Below are positions 54,085-64,000 of a DNA stretch of 64,000 nt, in pieces (position 1 is the first letter of the stretch; each line of letters opens with the position of its first letter). Source of the stretch: Kudoa neothunni (Eukaryota > Animalia > Cnidaria); assembly GCA_964304625.1 (NCBI GenBank), contig OZ199840.1, forward strand, positions 10,819,224 to 10,883,223, in the 5' to 3' direction. The notes beneath the pieces were generated by a model that saw only the letters and a list, made by a program, of their open reading frames with translations, searched no databases and was not told where the DNA came from. The translations under genes were made by a program, and so were the position numbers.

Positions 54085-55932
54085 TTAGTAGCTTAATGAC
54101 TTCAGTAATGGATTAAATATTGCTAGTTTTTTCATAATTTCCATCAGTAAACGATTCATATATTGCGTCGATCTCAATATTTAAGTAAATACATTTTTCT
54201 TCTGTGCCTCTGATTGAAGAAATTTCTTCAATAACACGATCTTTAGCAAGATTTTATGAGGAGTTAATTCTAGTCTACAGTTAATAAAAAAATTTAAATT
54301 TTTTCTTCGCTTCTTATTGTCCTCATTTTTTCATCATGTACATATCTTCAAGTAAATCTGGAGGATCATTACTTAAATTGTTATCAGAAACAGTAGTGGA
54401 ATTAACCGAAACTTTATTTATAAAATAATTCTCTAACCAATTTTTTGTAAATACGTTCAAAATTGTTAATAATTCCTTGATCTAATAGTTACAATACGTT
54501 GGTTGTTTTTAGTAAAGGGAAACAGGGTTGAATGTTTGAAAAATTTAATATCGGAGAGCTGGGGAACTTTTAATAAATAATACGATTCTATTCTTACATT
54601 GAGAAAGTTCGAGCTTTTATTGCGTTAGATATTTTGAAAAAATAAAATCTTCATGTTAAAATTATGCGGAAATGGGGGTCTTTTATTTTACGAAAGCAAC
54701 AAGATTTTCTTGATTACGAATTATTAATGAGGGTCTAGTATCTAGTAGCATCGAACAAATAGAAGCAATTTTTACCCCCCCCCCTTCGATTTATTAGAAC
54801 CGCGTAAGTTTTCCTCTATTTTAAATACATAATCGTGCATTATATATCTCATAGAAATGTAAATTTAAATGATATTTTACCGTCTCTTTACTAATAAAAT
54901 ATTCCAGTTTTATTCAAATCAAAAGTATCTGCTGGGTTATAATTTTCGATCCACCTTAACGGTTGGTCTTTCCAAGAAGAAAATAGTTTCCTCTTAAATT
55001 CAACTATGAAACTTTTATTCTCAATCCAAATCTTGAAGAAAATCCTCGAAACCAATCTCTATCAATATTAATAATTGTTTTTTAACTTTTTGTAAATAAT
55101 CGCGGGCCTTTTTAATTATATCATTAGCTCGATCCACTCTTTAACCTTAGAATCTAAAATGTTCAAATTACCCTTTCTTAAAGATCTCCGGAAGTGACTA
55201 TCTTTCAGAATATTGTTCTTTTTTAATAGTATACTGTTTAAGGAAGATATCGATTTAATTCAAATTTCTCATCAGTTTTAGTCCTAGAATAACTGATTTT
55301 ATTTCATCAAATTAATTTATGATAACTTCATCATCTAAAGATCGATACTTCCTTAGATTTCTTAACAGCGTATTGACCATGTCATTGGATTTAAGTGAGG
55401 GATCTTTAGTGAGCAGTAAGCTTGCAGCCAAATTTTCTCTGGTTGTGGATCATATTTTTAATTATAATTATGCATAATCAAACACTTTTAAGTTTAATAT
55501 ACTATAAATAACAATACTGCGTATTTTTACTAAGAAACTTTGCCATAATATCATAAAATGTGTAGTAACCCTGCTATGCAATAAGACTTATTCGTTGATA
55601 TTCATATAGCCCCGCCTAAAAATTTTAGAGTGTTTCCTTAGTTCAGTAATATTTTATGATTAATAATAAACCAAACTTACTTTTATTAAATACTCATGCA
55701 CCATTTCAATTATTGCGTACATTTATTTTTAGCTAGATAACATTAGAATTACATAAAAAACTTCGATCGTATTAAAACACAAAATTAGATGATGTAGGAA
55801 AAACGACGAATTCAAATCTAAACATTAAAACAAATAATCAACTGTCGTAACCATTTCTTTGTGAATTTCCTAAGACTCTAAATTTATTATCTAAGAAAAG
55901 TAGAGACTAAGAATATACACCATAAACTAGAA

Positions 55933-56715
55933 TTATTCCTCTTCAAGGTGTAATTTTATTTTTTTAACAATTTGGTGGAATTCTTCCATGGCTCCAATTC
56001 CTAACATGATAAACAATTAATGTAACAATAACGATTACCATGTTCTCCGCATGCCAGATTCTTTATTATTGGTGGTATGAATATGTAGTTCCACGAGAGC
56101 AAGGTTTCAATATTTTTTTGGGTGATAGGATGTTCCCACATAGTGGTATTCATAGCTGGGCAGCAGAATAATTTACGCTCAATAGGGAATGCTCTAATTG
56201 TTGTTGTCTAACAAAAAGGTACTCACATACTCATTCGTTAATTTCCTGCGATTACAACTAAATTATCCGCGATACCACAGGCCATCTTTCCCAGCGTATT
56301 CGCATCCAATGGGACAACACAAATTATATCAGCCCACCTGGCTAGCTAGTAGTAGATAGGGTTACCATCATTTGTAGAATTCAATTATGATTGTTACTTC
56401 GATATGAAGAATCGGATCCTCAATTTTAGACCAGGCCTACGAACGAAACACAATTATCAATCTGTTAAATAATAACTTTAAAACCTCCCATTGTGATTTA
56501 TCCGTGAAAAATTCAAAGAATAATTCCTCTGGAGGCAGAATTTTCAACGCACTTTCAGTTAGAATCACTTTTATTTCACACTAAAAATCCAATAAGATCA
56601 TTTAAATAATAATTAATACGTCCAATTGGATTTTTAATTCTTCATAAAGTAACGGAAGTTTAACTACAGCTACACTCCCACAACAACATAACAGAATATG
56701 CAACTTCTCCGTCAT
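55933..56715 (-). CDS. PPCDC: Phosphopantothenoylcysteine decarboxylase (HAL3/CoaC flavoprotein), six short exons, missed by the ORF track
   Basis: Spliced translation: MTEKLHILLCCCGSVAVVKLP..IKVILTESA..DPILHIELARWADIICVVPLDANTLGKMACGIADNLV..CPAMNTTMWEHP..KNLACGEHGIGAMEE..LEEE*. The catalytic His, PAMN motif and Cys are retained. Confidence 0.93.
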
Positions 56716-58344
56716 TATTTTAACACAAGGTGTCGAACAAGAGATGAGATTGGTAGTAATACGGTGCCTGCTGTAATCCCGAAATTATTATCGATGTTAG
56801 CTCGATTTTAATTCACCTTTCAGGAATTCCTCTTATCACTTTAGCTAAATGATAAATATAAAATTAGAGTTTATGGGTTTTGTGTTCGCTATTCTTTAAT
56901 TAATTAACAAAGGGGGTTTGACAGATTAAAAATGCACTCATACACGCCTTACACAACTTCATATATGGATAACTCGAAACGATTATCGTTGTTTTTTTAA
57001 ATAAATGTAAATATATTGCTTAAATAAAATTTATGGTTGAACTCCATCTTACTTAAAAACCAATTTCTATTGGGCTCTACATCGGTATCGTTCTATACAT
57101 CGCTTACAGGATTAGGCGAACACTCGGAGACTTTAAAATAATACTAGCATAAGAAGATTTATATAATAAAAGTCACCAATTTGTGCGCTGCGATACACAA
57201 TCAACATTTTTATTGCATCCCTTTCTTCTAATCCAAAAAAATGGCGCAACAAAAGTATAACGCATTCGAGCTTGTGTAAAAAATTGAATATTTAGGCGAT
57301 TATTATAATTACCTATGTAACTGACAATACGCAACTTCATCAATATGATGTATCCAATGTTTATATTGTGTGTGTGACGTTTTTTAATATTTTAATAATT
57401 ATAGCGGGATTAAAATATTTCGAATTTTTTTAAATTAACTAGAAAATTATCAATATGTTTTATCACGTAATTAATAATGATAATATGCACTTTACGGCTA
57501 AATTGCGTAGATTTAATTTTATGTATTGTAAACGATGATAAAATTTAAATAGTTGAATTTTTTATTAAAAGTATGCAATAATAGATAATTATTTGGGTCT
57601 ATATTTTAAACCGCCAAAAATGTCATTATTAGACATTTCGAAATATTTCCTGTTCTCCAAATTAAATTTAATACATAACGAAGATATTTCTTAAACATTT
57701 AAAATATTTCAAAAAAACATGATAACATTATAAAAGGCGATAATTTATCAGTTAATCATGGTGTATGACTGAATAATTTTGTAAAGTAAAAAATTCAAGC
57801 TTATTTGAGTTGATAAAATAAATATAACTATAAAAGTAGTTAATTTGGTAAACGATGACAAAAATATTAATTAATGTTGTAATAAAAATGCGTAGGATAT
57901 GGAGAAAATATATTTTCTTTCATAATCTGCTGAAGTTAGTAGAAATACAGATAATGAGATATTCACCTTGTTTAAACGTTTCCATTACAATTATAGATTT
58001 AGTTAAAACGATGCTATCTTATTTTATTAGAAATGGTATTAAAAATTTCAAGCGCAAAATATTCAATAAAAAGTTAACTGGAAGAACATTAAAATGAGTT
58101 TATAATTAATGGATAATAGAAAAAAATTAACGAAAATAAATCAACTTCATATAAATGAAAATAGAATAAATTATATTTGTAAACGATTTTATTTGCCAAT
58201 TAAAAAACAAAGTTACAGATGCACAATAAAAAAATATTTAGGCTTGAAGTATGAGAAATTTTGTTTTATAAAGCCTAAAAATAATAATAATATTTTATCA
58301 AATAATTATAAATATAAGGTTATTATCTAGTCAAAAATTCGTAA

Positions 58345-59506
58345 CCCTCTAATTCTAATGAATTTGGGATAAACTTTTACCCCAACCAGAAGTTTTTGGT
58401 TGTATACGTGATTTGTTTCCTCTTCTTAAGATGAGAACTTTTTCTAATCTTCCAAAAAGTTGAGAAATATATGATTTTAAAATATTACGACTAAAAATAT
58501 TAAATCAACAAAATTATAACAAGTTAACACTCCTTTGAATTTTTGGGGGTAAAACATTGCTCCAGGTTTTTTCGCATCAATTGATAGATAACATTTTCAT
58601 TATTATAAAAATCAAATTTTAAGTTTATCTGATGACTAAATTTAAAGGTATAGGTGTATTTCCTCTACAGATGATCACGTGACTCCAATTTTAATTTTAG
58701 TGAAGGGATGATGGAGATGGATTTCACCAATAGTAGTTAAAATGATTATGAATACCTTATAATTGATGTATCGTAAGAGTCTAACGATACCGAAAACTTT
58801 GAGAATTCGGATCGATCCACAATCAATAATGACGGCCCATGGTGTTGTTTTTCTATTTAATAGATTTATTATTTGTAAATGCGTTTTCCATGTACCAAAA
58901 AGACTTGGGAGATAATATGGTTAGGAGAAAGTTTTTTAGAATACGGCAAAGTTACTATATCTTTCCATTAAACATTAATGGAAAAAAACATCCTTGAAGC
59001 CCAAAATCCTAAGAGCTTCATCTTATCTATTCTGTTTTAACTCAGCACACCAAATAAATGAACAATTTTTTCAAGGCTTTACTGTTTTTAAAGTAAATCG
59101 ATAATAAACCCACCACTGCTTGTTTGAGATGTATGAAACTGTTGCAAAATTGATTCTGCGTGTTTGTGGATCGTATCCTCATTAAATGTTCTATTTTGTT
59201 GTGCAAATAATAATCAAAATACTTATTACATGATATAAATAAGAAAAACTAATCAAGCATTAAGACTTAATCAAAAATTGCCATTGTGGATTTTAAAAAA
59301 TACAGTTTTCGTAAAATTATGAGGATTATGAGGGTTACTACTCGGATATTAGTTGTTTTACAGCTGAATCTAGCCGTGGGATTTTTCCTATTTTTATTTT
59401 CTGGAATCAAATACTATTTATGGTTCGAATGGAGAAATAAAAATTTGGGTTCATTTTTTCCCCAAAAATTCATCGGAATGCAGTCGATTTTTAGTATATT
59501 AGTGGG
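58345..59506. mobile_element. Non-autonomous piggyBac-like element
   Basis: GTAA|ccctctaat ... attagtggg|TTAA termini, with subterminal inverted atgaatttggg / cccaaaaattcat. Confidence 0.55.
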
Positions 59507-60099
59507 TTAATGATGTATTTTTAGTTACTCAAATTTACAAGTAGCTCTATCACTCATTCTGAATAATAACGAAAGCAAACAAAATATAACCGTTCATGTG
59601 GTTGAATTGAGTATTATCGGTTGCAATCTAGAGAAATAATATTTTTTTAATAATCCAGAAAAGATTACGTATTTTTTTTCTTACTATATACTAAAAAAAT
59701 TTAAAAAATTATCCAACAGTGAAATGTATATTTTCGTCGAATGATTCTACGTTAATAATCTTCCGAAATTTTTAGTATTATAAATGACAGACGAAAACTG
59801 GGAGTTAAGGAGAATATACTAAAAATTACTTTTAAATATGTAAATATTATCAGAAAAATGTCTAAATTTTTTAAAAAATTTGTGTGGAAACCTTGAGAAG
59901 ATTATTAATATAATACACTATGTTTTAACATTTCACGCTTTCGCAATAGATAAATGATTGCGTTTTAAAAATTTTCAAAATATTGGGATTTTATCAAAAT
60001 CATTACAATAAACTCGGAATATTGCGTAGTTTATTGCCATTCCGTAATTATAGTGATATTCGAGCATTAACGGCAATTAACTAAATTTTAAGCTAATGA

Positions 60100-61250
60100 C
60101 TGAGTAAATTAATGTAATATTTATAGAAGCGATTATATGTTCTCATTATTCTGGGATTACTTCTCTTCTGAGGCATTTTGCAACGTAATTAAGCATCTCC
60201 TGTAGTAATATCCAGAACAATCATCTGAGGTAATAGTATGGAAACTTTCATCAATTAATTTTATAAGATTTGGTTCATTTTTGGCCTCACCCCTGACGAC
60301 TCTATTCTTCCATCTGCTGAACACATTTTCAATAGAGTTGAGGAATGGGGAGTACGGAGGTAAATACATCAACGACAATTTCAATGTTTCAATGACTTCT
60401 TCAAGTCGTCGCATTATCTATAATAAAGCATGGATCTTCTACCCCATTCGTTTGACTTAAACTTGAAAGCTCTATAAGTAAAGCTTTAAGTCTTCTCCAT
60501 TGACTGGCCGATGATTAATTTTATAAAAAATCATCCTGTCCTTATTCATGGACGCTATTGCTAATATATTTCTTGATCTAACACTGGGAACAGAAATAAA
60601 TGCAGATGTGCTCGCGAGGGGACCACCAAAGCTTGTCCTACTTGAGACACTGAATCCAATTTCGTCAATAAAGACAAATTTTCCCCTCAGTCTCAAGTAG
60701 TTTTGCATTAAACTTTTCAGTATAAGCAAGACGTTGGTCCAATATGCTATCACAATTTCTCCTTCGCGGAACAATTGTTAATGTTTTCGGCGCAATGTTT
60801 TCCGGGTAATCGAGGCGTCTTCATCAGTCCAACTTTCCCCTCAATTAGATTTGAAGAAACAATAGGGGCGACCGTGGCTCACTTAAGTCCTACATTCTCA
60901 GCAATAGGCGAGTTACTATCTCCTTTGTTGCTTTGTTTAATTATCATTCGCCTTGTATCGTTTGATATTGTTTGCCTTTTATTTTTTCGATTAAGAGGTA
61001 TTGTTTAATCATTCATCCTGTATATAATAAAGTCAAGAGCGCCAGGGTATATCAGTAATCCAAATATCGTTGATGCTTTACACAGCGCCGTTAAAGCTTG
61101 ATACAATGTCGTTAAATCTTGATATAGTGTCGTTAAAGCTCGAAAAACCTTATATTTGGGCCAACTCAAGTTACTCAATATCGAGAGTTTACTGTATATA
61201 AAAAACATCAATATAATCTTCCCAAAAACATTGAAAAATAATATTTTCAC
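60100..61250 (-). mobile_element. Decayed Tc1/IS630-like DDE transposon
   Basis: FVFIDEIGF, IIDNA and YLPPYSPFLNSIENVFSRWK in shifted frames; ends are approximate. Confidence 0.85.
61067..61143. repeat. 21-bp imperfect tandem repeat (about 3.5 copies) upstream of the Tc1-like transposase
   Basis: Units like gtcgttaaagcttgatacaat repeated head to tail. Confidence 0.7.
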
Positions 61251-61672
61251 TAAATAACAAAATTAATTTCTATATATTTAAATTTTTTAATTAATACTCT
61301 TACTAAGGATTAATAATTTTTTCTAACCGTCAAAGAATGATCACTAGATTTTAAATAATAATAATAAAGAATCATTAAACTACTGTTTATTTATTATATT
61401 AACTATTTCATAGTAGATCAATAAAGAATCAATTTCGAAGATTTAATAAAATATTCACCCACCGATTTCATTACATTATTAAAATATTATATCAATCTAT
61501 AAATCAAATTTACATTTTTACAATTAGAAATAACTTTATATTTTCACAATGCATATTATCGTTCAATCCATACCATAATTCAAAAACAAAAAATTTTTGG
61601 AGGAAATATTATGCAGCCGATAAAATTAAATTGAAATAATTTTTGAAAATTATATACAAAATCTATTTTACA

Positions 61673-62023
61673 TTATTTGAATAAGAAAATTTTGTCTATC
61701 GAATTGCTGTCGAACAAAAAGTAAGGCAACGGACAAGGAAGTTCATCTGAAAATGGTAGAAACGAGTTGGTCTTTGTAGTGATTGTTTCAATGGGATTTC
61801 TCAACACTAGCGGGTTGGAATCCTTTTCGTTTACTACCAAAGTGTTTTCTATAGAAATACCGAAGGTGGTGGTTTGAGGATTGAAATTTTTGATATTAAT
61901 AAAGCTATCATTGTCAAAAGTTGAACCATAATCATTAAGCGGATCTTCTAAAACAAAGTCGTCCAACAAATCCGTAATATCGTAATCTTTTAAGGTAACA
62001 TCATCGAATATATCTCCACTCAT
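61673..62023 (-). CDS. Acidic hypothetical protein, 116 aa
   Basis: ATG-initiated single ORF with protein-like composition, GC-richer than its flanks; no recognisable motif. Confidence 0.45.
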   Translation of the reverse strand: MSGDIFDDVTLKDYDITDLLDDFVLEDPLNDYGSTFDNDSFINIKNFNPQTTTFGISIENTLVVNEKDSNPLVLRNPIETITTKTNSFLPFSDELPCPLPYFLFDSNSIDKIFLFK

Positions 62024-62261
62024 AAAGCAATATAATTAATTCGTTCATCTTCGTGAACCCTCGGAAGTTATTTTTATATAGTTTATAGTACGAACAAATT
62101 CAATTTTATTCATCTCAAATAAAAAACCGAAAATGGTATAATTATTCCAGGGTTGACAGTATTTAGGAGAGACAAAAAAAGGATAATGTTGAAATTATAA
62201 AAAATCATTTTTAATGGGGAAAACTGTATAATAAGAAATCAAAATTGTTGTTATAGGAAAT

Positions 62262-63088
62262 TTATTTTTTTGAATGATTGATCAACCATTTCAATGTTTC
62301 GCTTGTGTTTTCATGGTTTTTGCACGATACAGAATAGAAACAAACTTCTCGCCCTCTAATTTCATTGAGTTTTCTAATTATAATGTAAATTAGATAATGA
62401 TTAAAAATCCATCAAATTTAAAACTTACAATCTTTGAATCAGTTCTCTAGATGGGACAGATTCAGGCAAATCAGATTTATTCCCAATCACAAGCAACTTC
62501 AAAGTGAGTTAAATCAAAAATTGAATCATTAATCTTTTATCAACTACCGGAATTCCACGTAATGCGTTGTTAGAAAGAAGGCTGTGTAGTTCAAGAGTTG
62601 CCGAATCGAATTTAGCGATATCAGCGGAATCCACCATAAAACTAAAATGTGATTATAAAAATAAAATCTAACCAGCGAACACCTACATTATACAACTGAC
62701 ACCTTTACAGTATCGTTCCCACATAGATCTAAAACGAGGCTGTCCACCCACATCCCAAATCTTGGTTAATTAGTTATGATTTTTAATTGAATTTTAAGCA
62801 AACAACAATCAACAGGAAAAAACCTTAATGGTCACATTTCCTCGTGAAATTTTCTTCATATTAAAGCCAACTGTTGGTACTATATCTTCGATGTACCTTC
62901 CACTCTAGAATTAGTTTACATTGGAAATTTTTGAAACATTATTTATCCAGAATAGAAACTGTTCCTACCGATAACAACTGTACATAGGTGGATTTTCCGG
63001 AAAACTGTAACCCTACAATAGCCACATTCATTTCCAACTGCCAAAAAAGCGATCTAAACCAATCGATCAAACGTTGTAGCCAACCCAT
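62262..63088 (-). CDS. ARL8: ADP-ribosylation factor-like GTPase 8, six exons
   Basis: [102 protein letters not shown]. Confidence 0.96.
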
Positions 63089-63747
63089 GTCAATTTATAA
63101 TTTTAACGAAGTTTTTCCGAATGAATTAATTTGGATTATTACATATTCAAGATTAGTAGCTATTAGAATATTATGTAAATAGAGGCAATAACAAAATCGG
63201 TTAATATAATTAGAAAATTTAAAATCAAGTTTCTCATTGTTTTTCTATATTGGTTGAGTGTTAATTCAACAATTTTAAGTTATATTTTACTATATAATTA
63301 GATGGATAATCTATTATGAGGTAATCACGCAAGTTATGATTAATCAGATTTTAAAAATAACATCATTAATTGTTATTACCGATATTAGAGGGTTATTTAA
63401 TTTTTATTGTTTTACACAAAAATGTTATAGAATTTAATCGTGATTAATTATTCCTCTAATATATAGATAATTTTAAATACTTCCATCAATTTGACTCTTA
63501 ATAATTCTAATGGGGGCTATGTGTCATAATTTATTAATATTGACACAATATAAATTGCTAATACTTAAATTTGTGATAAAATAAATCCAGCTAATTTAAC
63601 TCTATTTAATTATAAATTTAAATAATGTCACATCATCAATAAATCAATAATATTTGTGGAAAATCAAAAAATTGATAATTGTTTGTTAATAAATATATTA
63701 TCAAATAATAAACATGATAACAGCCCATTCTTATTAGTTCGCCAGGT

Positions 63748-64000
63748 CTACTCAAGGAAATTCTCAAAGTTTTCATAAATCTAGGAAATAAACAAATTAA
63801 TGAATAATTAAATAAATAAATAAATAGATAAATAAATAAATAAATAAAGAGTACGCTTCTGTGCTTCTTTTGAAGTTGATCGAACTCACTGTCGAAACCA
63901 GCCATCCAACTGTTGCCCCTGGAATGGGTGACAGGTTGAACAATGTTATCAACAAATATGGTGGATTCCCCAGTTGCTGAAGGAGACTGTCCAACCACTC
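63748..64000 (-). CDS. 3' end of an unidentified spliced gene (incomplete)
   Basis: GC-richer open frame ...WMAGFDSEFDQLQKKHRS, a GT-AG intron containing a (TTTA)n repeat, then IYENFENFLE*. Confidence 0.4.
63808..63848. repeat. (TAAA)n microsatellite
   Basis: Direct tetranucleotide run with one variant unit. Confidence 0.9.

Larger units (their letters stand above)
49617..55580 (-). mobile_element. Decayed pogo/Tigger-like element hosting a piggyBac insertion
   Basis: Left end TA|cagtaatgcagggataatacgca and a degenerate inverted copy near 55560. Minus-strand transposase remnants (IQPCFPLLKTTNV..LLDQGII, YNPADTFDLNKTG) lie at 54100-55400. Confidence 0.6.

Noticed and set aside
57855-58330. 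Lys/Ile/Asn-rich ORFs
   Set aside because: Composition expected by chance in AT-rich DNA; no motifs.
1-64000. CRISPR arrays, operons or prokaryotic defence systems
   Set aside because: The sequence is eukaryotic with spliceosomal introns; no repeat-spacer array was seen.

Overview
This is a strongly AT-rich eukaryotic window with genes broken by short GT-AG introns (about 35-60 nt), so the ORF track shows only fragments. The animal-type genes, extreme divergence and tiny introns suggest a compact parasite genome, possibly a myxozoan cnidarian (inference). Manual splicing recovers these genes: a Cys-rich fibronectin-III-like type I membrane protein (3' part), an intronless multipass membrane ORF, ANAPC2 (apparently lacking its C-terminal WHB domain) head-to-head with CPSF2, PPCDC and ARL8. 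The main finding is a co-oriented tandem array of four paralogous multi-exon genes at about 19.2-49.2 kb. They keep the CD39/NTPDase (GDA1_CD39) scaffold and two-hydrophobic-end topology, but the apyrase-conserved regions are replaced by new conserved motifs. They also carry a variable Ser/Thr/Asn-rich stalk and a shared RSAKY tail, and look like a family of catalytically dead apyrase-fold surface proteins. The spacers hold decayed, often nested DNA transposons (piggyBac, pogo/Tigger, Tc1/IS630, hAT, Helitron-like). Several frameshifts fall in homopolymer runs and are probably assembly errors. All family assignments come from recalled motifs, not database searches.
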